This document shows, in pieces, positions 23,016 to 37,410 of a stretch of 64,000 nt of DNA. Numbering within the stretch: position 1 is the first letter of the stretch; every line of letters starts with the position of its first letter. The position numbers were made by a program, and so were the translations under genes. The DNA is from Catajapyx aquilonaris (lineage: Eukaryota): positions 1 to 64,000 of the forward strand of contig JYFJ02000838.1 of the NCBI GenBank assembly GCA_000934665.2. Reading direction: 5' to 3'. Under the pieces are notes generated by a model. The model was not told the DNA's origin, ran no database searches, and saw only the letters and a program-made list of their open reading frames with translations.

Positions 23016-26000
23016 GAGGATGTTCTACTGCAGGGTTTCTTAGCTCTAATAAAATAATGGAATTGATTCATATGAATGGCAACACATAAAAGAAGCACTC
23101 GGCCACACTTCGAGCACCGCTTTGGTATCATCCGATATTCAACAAAAAATTATCATTATAAAAATTATTGAAATTTTCCGGAATTCAGTTTTGCATTGTT
23201 AAGTAACAAAAGTGGACTTATCCTGTTTTTGCACCAAACCCTTCCATTCACAGAACCGAATAAAAAGTGCATCTGTGCATATGCATCTTCTATCTATATC
23301 ACAGAAGCAGTTTCCGGCTTCTCACCTCAGCGTTTGCTGTTTGCCTCATCTTATACAGTATAATATTAAGATCGCAGTAAATATTAAGATTTCAGACTAA
23401 AATATATACTACGCAAGTAGGCAGCCCTAACAGAGGAGGGTAAAATCTGTGCAGAACGAGAAATTTTCAAACCTTCCAGAATATTTTATACACTGTCTTT
23501 CTAGCACAATTATCCCGATCGCTATGCTACCTTGGACCATGAAACATAAAGTAATACTACGCTTCACAAAATTTCCAACTTTATAGGCTTGCTTTTATCT
23601 TTGGGGACATTTGCAGAATCACTGATTCCTTCATTGACCATTTTGCTAACCTGTCAACATAATATATTTGTATCCTAATTTGGTTATAACATTGCTACCT
23701 CAATTTTTCAACAATTTTAATTCCTAATGCGATGTTGAGTGCATATCAAAAGTTCGGCTCATTTGCACGACCAGCTCCGTAAATAATCACCCTCATCCCA
23801 AAAGGCTCGCCAAAAGGTATATAGACCCCATTGACGATGAGCAGAGGCGAATATCCTGGACTCTCATGTTTGGTGTTCCAATAGCACATATTGACTCTAC
23901 AAGTTCATGATTACATCCGACAAACAATTTCACATTACGCTACGTGCATGGGGTCCTTCTCTAAAGCCCGTACCCTCCTTGAACTCAAATTAAGCCAGCG
24001 TCGCAACTTAACACGCGCCTGTCCGTCTTAACCCAGAATTACATTCTGTGCTGTCTGACTGGTATTCAATTACGTCCTTGCAATTAACGCCCGCTGGTAC
24101 TTGGGGTGCCGCTTCGTTAAAGCCTCAAAATGAGAAAGTGCTGGCAATATGGAAATTAACACGTATTCAATTGGACCATGCTGATCGATCAGCATTTCAC
24201 GCATGGTTGCGATCACCCCAGACTTTGCGGTGTTCTCTCTCGTTTAATGACAGCTATACGTACAGTACGTACAGTACGTAGGGGTCGAGCAGAGGTGAAG
24301 GTCATGCAGCCTTCTCACCTGTATCCTTGCATACTGACAACGGTTCTACGCATCCAATCCGGGGCTCCAGTACGCGTTTCCATGACTACGCACTAGATCA
24401 TGGAATCAATTTGTTGGTGCCGGTAGGCCAGAAAATAGTACGAGTACCTGGATAGATGGAGCATTAAAGTGTTCACTGTTGCGTTCAGGCTGGGAAAATG
24501 CTATGTCAACAAGCAACAGGCACTTTATAGGGGCTAATGTAGGATCAGATATTAATTTTCTAACGATTCTTTCGACCACAGGTCCAAATAATTTGTGGGA
24601 AGAATGGTATCGTAGAAAATGAGACCTAGAGACTGGATGGCCATAGTTGGTCAGTGGTATAATCATGGACAGAGGCGGTGCAGTAAGACCTGCTGATAGC
24701 CTCCAATCATGCGAATACTGGGTGTGGTGGATGTAATTATCTAGTTAAATTAACAGCATAACTTTTCTATTTTTATTCCAGACGAGAGCATGTCATTATT
24801 GGTAATAACTTACTAATTACACGGTAGTTGAAATTAATAAGTGCATTTGTTAGCCAACACTGCGAGCTTCGCAGATGTGAGGTGTCGTTAACTGATAATT
24901 ATGGCCAATAATAAGGTGATGTTTGCCGAACAAATATCGAATTCATAGTTCAGATTGAGATAACTGTATTTATATTAAATAATATTTTAATTACGTTTCG
25001 GGTTAGATGTAAGTTGTGCAAGACTGTCAGATTTTCTTAGGGTTCGGCATTTGTCATTTAAAACATTTGTTACTGACGACACCATGTTGTAGGTCATGCG
25101 CGTTTCACAAAAAGTGAGCCTTTCCTATTTTCTCTAATTTATCTATTAGTTTTTGCCTCCCAAAACTCCATGAAGCTACAGGTCAAAGCCCTCCCATATA
25201 AAGCAGTTAAAACAGTTTCACAGGTGCGAGAGAGGTGTAGAGTGGTAATTTCAATCAGGATAAATGTTTCGCTGATTTTGAAGCATGAATTGTTTACCAA
25301 TTGCTGCAATACTATAAATGTGAGAAATGTTCACAGTGAAAAGGGTGTAAGGCGGAAAAGTTAAATCGCTTACGCTACAGTAGAGTATATTGATTATTCA
25401 AGCTAATTTATGAAACATAGGAGCAAACGAGCCCTTACACTATCAATTTTTCACAAGTTATTTCATGAAAATTTTGTGCGAGAATAAATTAGAAAGAATA
25501 AATTAGAATTAGAAAGAATGAATTAGAAAGGATTAAAAATTTTTTAATCAATTTGGAGATATTTCATGTTCAAACTCGGTAATAAGTAATTAAGCTTATA
25601 TAGCATTATTCCCTTTGGGGTGGTTGTGTGGTTTGATGGAGAGGAAGGTGAAGAAGAAGAGAAAGGGTACATAATCAACCTAATCAATCAAAATAAAGTG
25701 ATAAAAGCACTGAAAACACACGAAAGTAACGCAAGATCTGCTTAATGCTTGACGAGGATCCACTGTACATTCATCACGAGTCTGAAAAACGTACCAAGTG
25801 ACCCTAGATGATTTTTAAATTACTAGTACAACAGAGTGCACACAACAGTTCGTGCAGTGTGCACGGTTAGCATGGTCAATGATAGCTGTAAGCTCTCTGT
25901 ATAGAGGTGTCATGTACAGCTGTACTGGTAAATAAGAGCCGCACCTGATTACAACACTATGCTTGCAGGGTGGCGCAAAATATGAAGTTACCAAGGCTTT

Positions 26001-29000
26001 TTTGGCTCATAAAGAGTAACTTTGGCAACGTTGTTGACACAAGACAGTGAATCTGCGCGAATGCGGATGCGCACTAGGTTGTGCTTGTAAAAAATTTAAT
26101 CTATAGCGATCTATAGTAACTATTAATACTTGTACCATTCAATTGTCGTTATTCTCGTTATTAGTAGTGAAAAGTACTACCACTACGTCTGGAAGTATGC
26201 AGGATGGAATTTTAAGTGGGAAGATCTGAATTAAATCGTGTGAAACTAAATAACAAACATAACAAAGCGAAATATACACATATGGGAACATTCAGCACTT
26301 ACAACAATGCGGCAATAGACCATTTTTCAAAACGGTTGAAATAGGGACAAATGCCGTTTTGATGGAAAAATGTCGCAGATGACTAGTTTTATTACTCACT
26401 ACTACTACTGGTGCCACTACTTCAAGAGTCAACCTGGCTGTAAGTTGCTTGCTAAATAATTATTAAATCAATATATTATTATGATATACCATAAACCAAA
26501 CAATTATCTACATCAAGTTATATGCTATATATTAGGACACAGATCCGTCATCTTGAAATGTATAAAAATACCGTTAAAATAACACTGCTTTTTAAATGCC
26601 AATTTCAGGTCAGAATGGTTGCGGTTGAACGATACCATTCCCTCTCAATGACCCAATAGCAATCTCCGTTACGAGAAAAACGGTGCCAGAAATAAAAAGA
26701 TTTGGTGATCTACGAAAAGTAAAGAGTGTCCCATGTCACTTTAGTGGGCCTTTCCTTCCGCACCAAATCTTGAGTTGTCAGCCAATTAAGGTGGACGGGA
26801 TGCATTTAGACCAGGAAAAAAAAAAACCCTTGGTAAGATTTACTTTTTCCGAGACGCAATTAGGTTCCCGAGTCTTGACCCACGGATCCGGATTCTACTT
26901 TTCTCCCCAGAGCAGATCTCCCCAGATTTATGACTGGACATTCGTGTCCGATCCCATTTTTGCGGGGACAGCCGGGGATTTCTCAGTATTATTCGCACCT
27001 GCTAGTGCGACAGTAGACATTCTACTCATATTGAGCTGTTAGGCACACTTGCTATGTATAAATGACATTAACTCTTACGTTAGTTTATGCAATAATTTCC
27101 TGAATCACAATATCGTGCATACACTCTAATTCACTTGAACTAGACAGCTTGGCGTCTAGATGTGTCCTTAGCAATATATTGCACAACTTGGATGCAGAAG
27201 GGACAAAGCTTTCAAGTCGCTAAATACCACATACCATTTGCCCAGCCAGGAGATAAAAATGAAGTTGGAAACAAAAGGGCCTTGGCTCCTTTTTGGCTCC
27301 ATGGGCGACTCTCCCGATTCCGACACAACTGATCATTTCTAAAATGAACTCACACTAACTTTTTTGAAAAATAATTATTTTGCAAATTTTCATTACCCTT
27401 CCCTGACCAACTTAATTCCTCCTCTCTGCAATCCTATTAATACTCCAAAAGGATCCTTAGCTTTTCTAAGCAGAACCTAATTGAGCGAATATGAAGAGGA
27501 AATTTGGCTGTTGAGCAGCAAGGTTATTCCTTTATTGATGACTAGTGTGGATTCAAGTCTCGCCTTATTCATGAGGGAAATTGGAGATTCGCTAGAAGTT
27601 GTTTCTAAGGTGCCCCTTTTTGATGTCTCCATGGGAGATACCCACAGACTTTTCCCCCGGATGAATTGGCCTGGAGGCCGAGTATGAATCGGAAGAAGGT
27701 GGGCGTTGCCAATTGAGTGATTGCTTGAACGTGGCTGAAATTTTGACACTTTGGATCCAAAACATGGGCCGGCCCTTTGGCCCTCAGCAAGGGTGTGACC
27801 CTGTTGAAGAAAAATATTGGGGTTGACCTGCGCTGTATATATAGTACTGGAAATTCCGAGAACACGGTTTCGGTTTGGCTCGTTGGCCTAGAATTTGGCT
27901 GGTGCCCAACGTTTAAAACATTGGGGGCCGTTAAAAAGTGGAGAGCACTCAAACATGCATCATTATTCAATAATGAAATAGCATGTAGCCTATTGTAATT
28001 CTGGCAAATGTTATTTTAAATAACAGAATAATAAATGAAGGAAATGTATTAATTTAGATGTGTGGAAATGAACCAAAAATATCATTTATTACGATCGCAT
28101 TGCAACCATTGGATTGAGGAATAAAAACAGATAAGGAAAATACTAGACAAGGAAGCTTAAGATTTTATTGACACAATCCGTCGTTAGAGTGTAAGTTTTT
28201 TTAAGGAACTCTGATGTAACCACCACTAAGAAGGAACGAGAAGGAAATAGATGCAAAATACCATTTTGCATGGGAGTAACGTGTTTTTAGTCACGAATAC
28301 AGAGCCTGCCTTAACATTTACAAACTATAGCAATAGCAAAATACTAGCGAAACTCTTGTCCCCACAAATTAAGAGATCTGGCATCGGTTTCTAGAATTCT
28401 AAAATAATAGTAGGCCTGGTTTTCCGGAGTTTCAACAAACATGTCATGCGGTCGTTAAAGAATTAGGTTCCGAAGTGATAAATACAGAGCTGACCAAAGT
28501 CGAGAACCACGCAAGTTGTATTTGGACTTGCGTAAAGTATAGTTTTATGTGACATGGGGAGACTCGAAGCCAACTTCTCTTGTTGGTAATGGCGGACACC
28601 TGCTGTTGTTACACTGTTTTTGTTCCTGTCAAAGAGGAATATTGGTAAAGTCAACTGCGACGGTCAACTGTTATGTTGTTGTACTAGCCATTATTTTAAC
28701 TTTGTCTCCAAGTAAAGTTTGTCACTACACTACCTATATCAACTAATCGACTCAAAATATTGTTAAATTTACTCGTAGTTTAGAATGTAATCATGTCATA
28801 TAATTATAATAATATGCGTCATAGAACTGCACAGTGTCTAATCAGTCTAATGGAATTCTCTTTAAATAAAATTCTTGCCACATAACTGCCTCTGTCGGAG
28901 CCGTTGTTCCAACTCGAGACCTCAGAAATTGAAGGCCACAATAACCACTACACCACAACATGTCCACAGGCCAATTTAACGTCACGTAAAATACAATGGA

Positions 29001-29176
29001 AAACGTGGCGAGTGTTCATGTTAATAGTTTATATTGGGAGCAGTATTACATAAAACGGTCAAGGTTAAACACTGGTAGCATAGCATGCGTGTGTCACACT
29101 ATTGCTCCATGCACGTATCCGCTACACAATCCAAAACTTTAAATTGATATTTACATCAGAACTACTATACATAATT

Positions 29177-29214
29177 ATACTTTGCCACATACTTTGCCAC
29201 ATACTTTGCCACAT
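29177..29214. repeat. 12-bp tandem repeat (ATACTTTGCCAC) x3
   Basis: Three perfect units read directly. Confidence 0.9.
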
Positions 29215-29764
29215 GCCAAAATATTAAGACCACCATGAATTTTTACCCTCCTGGCCTAAATGGCCATAATGTTCCACTAACCATAGACTTCAATACATAT
29301 TTGATCAACCATCGACGTACGTGTGACATTCTGTCGCCATCGCATGAAACTATCTATTCTTACCTCTACTATTCACACGCTATACCTCTAAATAAGTAAA
29401 GCACCTATGTAGTTGCACATGCAATGTTCCTGCAACCTAAAATCATACTACTCGTGCCAACCAAACTTTTCATTATATTTCAGTAAATTTGAATGGCTCT
29501 TAGAAACTTGAAGATACAGTACTCAACCCGCTCTTGAGAAATGAAATCGGCCAAGAACTAGTCCGGTATCGATCACCGGCTGCCCCCACTTACGTCACCC
29601 CTTTTGCACCATACGCACACGCACATTACACATATCTAGAATGGCGTATGTACAGGGTGCAGAATCAGTTCCGGGACTAGGCAACTAGAGGGAGGGATAG
29701 GCAGAGAGGGAGTCGGGAGTTTGAGGGGGTAGAGCAGGGTGAGCTAGTTGCACGCTCATCCGGA

Positions 29765-29802
29765 TATAAAAGGCAAGGCGGGGACAGGAGCTGCTGTTAC
29801 TT
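29765..29802 (+). promoter_or_regulatory. TATA-box core promoter, probably of the SCP gene
   Basis: TATAAAAGG at 29765 in a G-rich context; Inr-like TTACTT about 32 nt downstream; CRE-like TACGTCA at 29591; an ATG-free exon with a donor follows. Confidence 0.65.
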
Positions 29803-29914
29803 TGGTGCCGACCGTGTTTGGGTCCGAACCCCCATACCTCGACAGACTACACTCCTCGTGGACGATACGTGGGTACATCTTGTGTGTGGATCGAGGATAT
29901 CATACACCCAGTAG
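29799..29914 (+). other. Putative non-coding first exon of SCP
   Basis: Follows TATA/Inr, contains no ATG, and ends in AG|GTAGGT (alternative donor at 29910). SCP exon 39032 has only 2 nt before its ATG, so an upstream UTR exon is required. Confidence 0.55.
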
Positions 29915-32900
29915 GTAGGTCAAAAAGCAATGTTTTAATTACATTTAAAAATGCCAGTTGATTATTTTATATTCAATAAAAATGATATCGCTTTGTTTGG
30001 CGAAATATGTTTAAAAACGGCAACGCTTTAAAAAATATATATGTGGAAATAATGAGGAAATTGGCTATGCTCCAGTAATATTTTGTTGGTGTTTTTCTTC
30101 TGACTTGATGAAGCACTCTGTATTCCCTGTAGCCTGTAAACGAGGATGGCGTTTTAAAAAGTTGCCCATATCGAGGATGGTGAAGGGTCTCATAATTCGT
30201 AGTCACATCGGAGTAATGTGCGGATAAAAGATATGGCGAAATGGAAACTTTCAGAGTACCGAAGAAAGGCTGGAATATTGTGACGTGTTAAAAATAAATA
30301 TGACGAATTATTTTCGTAGAATAAGATGAATGCTCCAAAAATGTGGTTGCGTGAAGTCAAAACTGACGAACAAATTTCATAACCTATAAACATAAACGGT
30401 GAATCATTTTTTGGAACTGATACAACTGGGAAGTGCTAGAAAACCAACTGGCAGTGATATAATTTCTGCACATGAGATCGAAATACACTGAACTCTATCA
30501 AATAGCTATCAGATGTAATGGATCAGAGTAATTACAGTTATGACTCTGTTATTGTTGGATTTCAACATGTCATCGTGTTTCTGGTCAAAGGGATTTGACG
30601 CGATTAAATCGAATTTAATATCCATATGGCTGTGATGACATTATGGATTAGCTAGCCAGGGCTACTCTTACTCATTAGAATGACATCACAACACCCCTTT
30701 ATTCTAAAAACAAGTCAACTTGACTATGATAATAAGACCATTCACCTGCACCTGGACGTTAGCCAGAATGAACGTTCACCTCTACTTTGGCCCAGGCCCA
30801 TTTTACCTCAGATAAAGAAAAGAATGGCATTGCTTTTTCAGATCTTTTTTTTCAGGTTTTTATGGAGCAACAACAAGGTCACTCTGAATGCATAGTCTTA
30901 GTCCTTTTTTGCTATCCTTTGAAAAGAAGAGTAGAATATTATTGCTTTGCGATTCGACATAAAGGGATGAAACGACCTATAAACTTGTTTGAATTCGATT
31001 ACTCGGCTTAGTTCATATGCCATAGTATTCCATGATTCTATTCTATTCTGCGCATTCTGTTTCTAATGTTCCGTAAAATAATATTCATTATTAGTTATCA
31101 TAAAATACTTTTACATTTAGCCACCAAACTGTGTTATGGAAAAAAGACTTGCAGGAGATGATGCACAAGTTATATTACACATTGTGGAAAGAACAAGATA
31201 ATTTATGGAAATTTAATTGTTTCTCATGAAGGAAAAGCACATCAGCGAAGTGTCGGGCTCATTTGCACTTTCAGATCAGAAGAGTCATTAGTAAGATCGG
31301 AGAGCTGATGAACCCTAGAGCATCAAAGCTGACATCTCTGTGTGATTATATATTTGCATATACTGCGTTTGCGATCAATAAAGGATACTTCTCACTGTGG
31401 TTGATTATCCACAGATGTTTGCTCACTTCCCAAGCGTGGGATCTAAGTCTCTTAATGACCTTTGTGCTTTTTCCAGCACCTAAAGTAAGATAAATGATAA
31501 AGATCCTTTCTGCGGACAAATTCGCATTGTCTACCACTGCATTGCGGACCTAGAGGAAGACATTGGCGAGATATTTTTTATATAATGTACATAATTTGTC
31601 ATATGTACAAATTGGTAGATTCACTCACGAAATTCAAACTAGTAGATATTTAATGAACATGTTGGATATCTTGATACTTTAATTGTCCCAGAGATTATGA
31701 TGAGTATATTTCTTCACATGAAAAGCACTTTCATACCCGTAGTGTCAAGCCCATGGAATGGCCATCAATGTGTCGGCACTTTTCCAGATTCTACCTCAGT
31801 TATCGCATTGCTTTGAGGCAATGCTCCTGTTTTCGTCTTGGGGTCGGTCCCACTTTTGTCCGGCAGTTACTTGCTACACAATCAGCTCAGGTTAATGATC
31901 CCAAACACTGGACGTTTCCAAAAACACTTCCGACTTAACAGTACTATAAATATTCTTCATTTATAAAATAAAGTAATAACATGAATTGAATAAACCCGTT
32001 GATTGAATTTTAAATTACGCACACACAGGTGTAACAAATATTGTAATAAGTATAAATAATTTTTAATTTACATTTGCGCCAATAACTTGCTAACATACGG
32101 TAAGTCTTAAAACAAAATCCCATAGGAACCCCCATATATTCTCGGTATAAACCACTTTTGAGGGTGGACGTGTTTGCGAGCAACTGACACAAGTTAATCG
32201 ATTTGTCAAAGTGTCAGAAAGTCGCCCAGTTCGAGCCAGAAACAAGCCACAAGTTTTTCCGGCCCGAAGGGAGCCTTTTGTAAGGCTCAGAAAAGGAAGG
32301 GGTCTTTCATCGCCCAACTTTGGGTGAAGTTTATATAATATAATCGATGAAAAAGGTGGACTAATTACCAAAAACGAGGAGGTTTGAATGAGGCTGTAGA
32401 AATTCTAGCTGACGCACATTCATGGTGCTGAACTTCATGAGAAATGTGGTGGGGATAGAAGATAGAGATATAGACAAGCCTAAGGCTATGAGAGAAGCTG
32501 CAAAAAGTTGTCTGGATAGGGAGCCGCAACATTTGCCTAATTGACTGAACCCCTTCTAGAAAGGAAAAGGTGAATGTTAGAAGCACATTTCCACTCGCCT
32601 ACCTTGCTAGCCACTTTTGCCGTCATGAATTTTTCTTCTCTTTTTCATCTTGTTAACCCGGGAAATTGGCAAAAAAAAGAGAGAGACAGGTTCTGTGGAA
32701 GAAAATGGGATACGTTGTAGTTCTTTCCGAATCCCATTCAAGCATCCGTTCATTGGAAATCAATGTGTTCTGCAGAAGTTTCTGCTCACTATTGTCGCTA
32801 GATTCTGGACCTAGTTTGGCGCAGGTGATTGGCGGAAAATGCATATTAAAGTGCGCAGGTAGTCAACAGGTGTGCAAAACACAACCTGTATTTTTTGTGG

Positions 32901-34212
32901 CCGTTATGCTAATTATGCAAAATTGTGTAGTTATAGATAGTACGGTAAAATGTAGCTGCAATTTGAATTTTCCATTCCGTTTACAAATTTCGTTTTTACT
33001 GCACATGTTGTTCAATGAAGGCTTCATAAATTGACACCTGAAAATGTATGGTTCAGACATGCTTTCTGAAAGAAGTAAAATTATTCAAGTGTGAGAAAAT
33101 TCACAGTACTAAAAATATTTTCGCAAAATAAATTTATCATGTGTGTATGGTTTCAAAATGGTAAGGTTAAGGTACCAGTAACTGAATTAGTGTACAAGTG
33201 TGCTGGTGGGGATCGATAGTGGAAGGGAAAGGATGTGTTTACATCAGGGCAAGTCCTATATAGTCTGCTTACAGAAAGTCTATCGCTCAAGGGCGGTTTT
33301 GCGGGTGCGAAGGTGTTTAAAGAGTGAAAGCTAGTCCGCAGGAAACAAGGATCAGAGTGGTGCACTTCGTGCCCTTCTTATCCCTCTCCGCCAATCAGGA
33401 GTAAATGGACTATACGTATATCTACGCCCCATCCAATAACACCTCCTTTGGCAGCCTTTTTGTTCAAACAAGATCCAAGCGTCTCTTTGTGAAAATGGAT
33501 TTCCTCCCTTGATTTTGACGCCCTATTCTAAGGTCAGGAAAATGTGCATCGTTCTTCACTTCCAATCTGCTTCTTCTAATAGAAAATATCTTCCTCTTTT
33601 GCATTGGTGAAAACACCAAGTTTTGATTTTAGTTCTCAGCAAAAACCGGCAAAAACTTCCTAATGCGATACTTGGCTATATTTTAGTCATGCAGATGAAT
33701 ATATTTTTTATTTACCATAAATAACTATTTGTGTCTACCTTATGGGAGAAGTCGTGCGCAGGACTTCTCAGATTCGTTTTCATTTCTTCTGGCTGAGTGG
33801 AAATCAGAAATACGAGGGCCGCCATCCTTTACTTTGGTGTTAGGACTCTTTTGGGAATTAACTTGCCAGCGAAAAACAAATGGAGGATTAAGTGAGGATT
33901 TCCTCTATCTGCAGAGTCCTATACTTTCAAGCAGATAATCTTATGCATGGTTGGGAGTTTTGCATAACGGTGTGTTCAGGTTAAGTTAATTTGAGATACT
34001 CTTCCGTATTAGAGATGCAGGAAAAATCAAGATTAGGTAGAATACATACACATATTAGCCATTACTTTAAATCAGTTTAATGGATCTTTTGCAACGTGCG
34101 GATCATTAAGAGGAATAAGGTCTGATATTCTAAATTAAATTTTTGAATCGGTATGAAGGTCGAAAATATACGAGTTCTTTAATTGGAACACATGTGATAT
34201 GACATGTTGAAT

Positions 34213-34280
34213 TCCGTAGCATACCAGGCATAAGCCCTTGAGCAGAATTAGGTTAGTGGGTTCGACTCCCTCTCTGTCCA
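34213..34280 (+). repeat. Degenerate tRNA-derived (SINE-head-like) fragment
   Basis: B-box GGTTCGACTCC at 34259-69 inside a GGG-TTCGACT-CCC T-arm; A-box-like TAGCATACCAGG at 34216; ends in CCA followed by a T-rich run. I cannot fold a full cloverleaf. Confidence 0.3.
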
Positions 34281-37200
34281 AATTTTATTTTTTTCCCCAG
34301 CAGGAAACCTTGAGGTGAAATCTGCATTGTAAATCTCAGAGTGAATTCTTTCTCTTGAAGTGTTGCTCTTTCCTGCCTTGCCTCCAGGTTGCTCTTGTTA
34401 TCTCAAAGGGCATGCAGCCAGAGTGTGAGGTAAACTCTCATTGCCCCGGGAAATCCTACAAATGACCCACAAACAAAATTTGTAATTTAAAATAGCAGCT
34501 TGCTCTTCCACAATCTAGATTTTGCACGATGTTTGCCCAAAATTTCTATTGGAAAGTTTCACAATGGTAGTCTATTAAACCGATATCGAAACGAGCAGGT
34601 AGAAAAGTTAGGGAGAGCTTTGTACAAAGCAGACCAGGCTTTGTGTTCTGGGATATTTGCCTGCATCGGGAAGGACCTGGCTCCTCATAACTCGGGGTTT
34701 CCAAAGTCAATAAATATATTCAGGCTCACGATGTTCAGAGAGATTAAATAGAGTACATTTTCAGACAATATGTGCCTAGACTTCGCCTCTGACTTAAAGG
34801 TTTTTAGAAATTACTGTAGCAAAAGAAAGAGGGTTCTTTGAGTGACACAGAGGCTTTGTAGTGCACTTTTGTTCAGTATGAAAAGTGCAAAAGGATGGTA
34901 AAGATAAGAAGGATAAGGGAGAAGAATTATTACTGGTCAGGAGTCGCAAACTTTCTTGGAAAATTATTCTCATAATTTTTTTTACAAAGTAGATAAAATC
35001 TTAAATGGTTTCATACATTTTAATTAATTACATACATATTATTTACCTATTTACCGACCAAATAGACTACACTTAGACATATTTATGCAAGACGGCGACA
35101 TTTTATTGTCAAATATACAAATGGCAAACCGGATACTAAAGTTAGGCCTTTAAAAATACATTCGGAAGCCGAGCCAAAGTGCCGCACCTAGCAATTTCTC
35201 TTGAAGTAATTTGTCCTCCACCAAATGACGAAACCTCTTCTTGCTGCTCCTCCTTTTCGGGTTATTACCATTCAAAAGGATTCCTCACTTGCACCCACAG
35301 GAAAGAAGGAAACGCTTGATTTCAGCAGGCACAAATTAGATTAAGGCTGTTATGTCGAGGCTTAAATTGGCCGCTGTTTCCGCTGGCTTTCCTCCCAAAA
35401 TGTAAATTGCTGGAGTGGTCAGAAGAGGACCAAAAGCCGCGGCTTTTAATTTCGAGCAAAAACCATCTCACAAATTGCTCTGGCATATTGTGCCGCATGG
35501 GTCAGAAGTGCCACGAGATAATCTTCGTTTAAAATGTTTTCATGCATACAGTACATCCCCATTATTTATATTAATATGTTTTGTCAATAAAATTTTTAGC
35601 GCTGATATAAAAATCCAAATGGCCGCAACAGTTCTCTCATTTTGTAAAGTGTTGTCCTATATTGCGCTTCGAGCGTACGCCAATATCGAACCGCCAAAAC
35701 CATATGCTACAGTAACCAACAAAAAGTGATTGAGAAGTCGTATAAAAAATTGTGTGGATTTTTTGCTGTTAATTACAAAAGCGCGTTAGCTATTAAAAGC
35801 ACTTGTATGTTAGAAAATGACTGAAAATTTTGTAGTAATATGACAAAAGAAAGGATACATAATTGCTTCCTTGATAATGGGAATGCGAAAACAGTGTACG
35901 ACGTGTCCTAGTTTCCAACACAAAACGACGTCATCAGCTTTGGTTATGAGAAAATACTATAGTTTCCCTCAGAATGGGATGATGGCCACAGAGGCAGACT
36001 CTCCAGAGTAGCCGCCATAATGAAGGACTAATTAATAGCGAGTTTCCTCACATAAACGAGGTCGAAGGTAACATGTAAACACAATTATGATCAACAAGTT
36101 AGGCTCCGATTAAGTTATGTGAATATGTAATAAAATAGTTAATTAGTTAATCATCGCATTAAATGAATATTTCCTATACCGTATATTATATGTGGTTGTT
36201 ATTTACATAACTGAAATTAATCAACGTAATCAATATAGCATCGAAGGAATGAATGTAGAAATTGCATTATGAGTGTAATAATTTGCAATGCTGCTATAGA
36301 GTAGATCTATTTACTCAATCGAGCTATAAACTTTATCCTAGCACATGTGCCACCCATATCCATGATCATATATGCGGGCAGGCCCATTTGAGGGGGCCCA
36401 CAATCGCGGCCGTTTTCAAGCGAGGCATGTGGCTCGTTTCCTCCTAGGCATGGCTTTCCATCACAAGTCCGTTGGAAAAATGATGTGTCTAGGTTCAACG
36501 GAGAATCGGGTTTAGGTTGATAGCAAATGCGCTTCCAGCTATGCAAGGCCGCCTTGGCCCACTTTCTTCCTGAATTTTCTGTATCATTTTGGAATTGGTT
36601 TAAAAATTAGTCGTGTTAAACACTGACTGACGTACTAAAATTTATTATGTATTAAACATACAGGTTAACCTGACGTTGCTTCACTCACAACATGGCTATA
36701 ATTATAGTGGGTTTGTTTCCAGGAAGAACTGAAACTACTTTCCTCATTTTCATAACGTTAGATATATCTAGCTCATTTTAATAGATCGGCAATTACGTCA
36801 ACCATAAGGAACTAATAAATGACATGCTTAATGCAAAGGTAATTTATCACGGTGTATCGGACACACAGATTTAAAATGTGCAATCGAGAATGGAGCTATA
36901 GCAACTTAGTCAATATTTCAATTTCCTGCCAATTATCCTTTTTGCTTAAATTACCTTTTACAAAGCAGGGCAAGACCCTTGTGTGCTCAAAGGTATGAAA
37001 TCTGATAAGAGGCGTGTACAGAACCTTTGTAGTTTAATTCCGCCGTTGCTGGTACCGGGCTTTATTTTTAGCCACACATCCATCAAATATGAGGATCGTA
37101 ATATTTAACCCAAAGTTAGCCCACAATAGCTATCAATTTTACCATACAGTATTGATTGCTGAATGTTATGACTCTTTAAATTCAATATAGACTACAGATT

Positions 37201-37346
37201 AATATCGTGTAATTACGAGAAAATAATGATTGGTGATTAAGTTTATGAATATTTTTGATTTAAAGCTAACGGTCAAATTATTGATATCCTGCTGCTGCTG
37301 CAGCTTCAATATTATTCAGCACTGATCAACACATTAAACTTTAGCA

Positions 37347-37410
37347 ATGGTGGAAGATGACAGCATAGATGCTTCTGACGACGAGGAATCTGATCCTAGC
37401 ATTGATGGTG
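37347..37410 (+). CDS. Scp1: Putative alternative SCP exon encoding an acidic N-terminal extension (MVEDDSIDASDDEESDPSIDG-G)
   Basis: AG at 37343-44; gcaATGg start with an in-frame stop just upstream; perfect G|GTAAGT donor at 37411. The phase-1 end joins exon 39032 (G+GC = Gly, then ATG in frame). Confidence 0.65.

Noticed and set aside
24282..24455. Peptide FSPVSLHTDNGS...FHDYALDHGI resembling a retroelement integrase core
   Set aside because: Spacing is off by several residues, it is bounded by stops, and there is no downstream NG..ER motif or other pol domain. Probably chance; a TBLASTX/HMM (rve) search would settle it.
26683..27998. Cluster of ORFs, one frame with VVFSDLKAL reminiscent of RNase H
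   Set aside because: Surrounding residues do not fit RNase H or RT, and the frames are interrupted.
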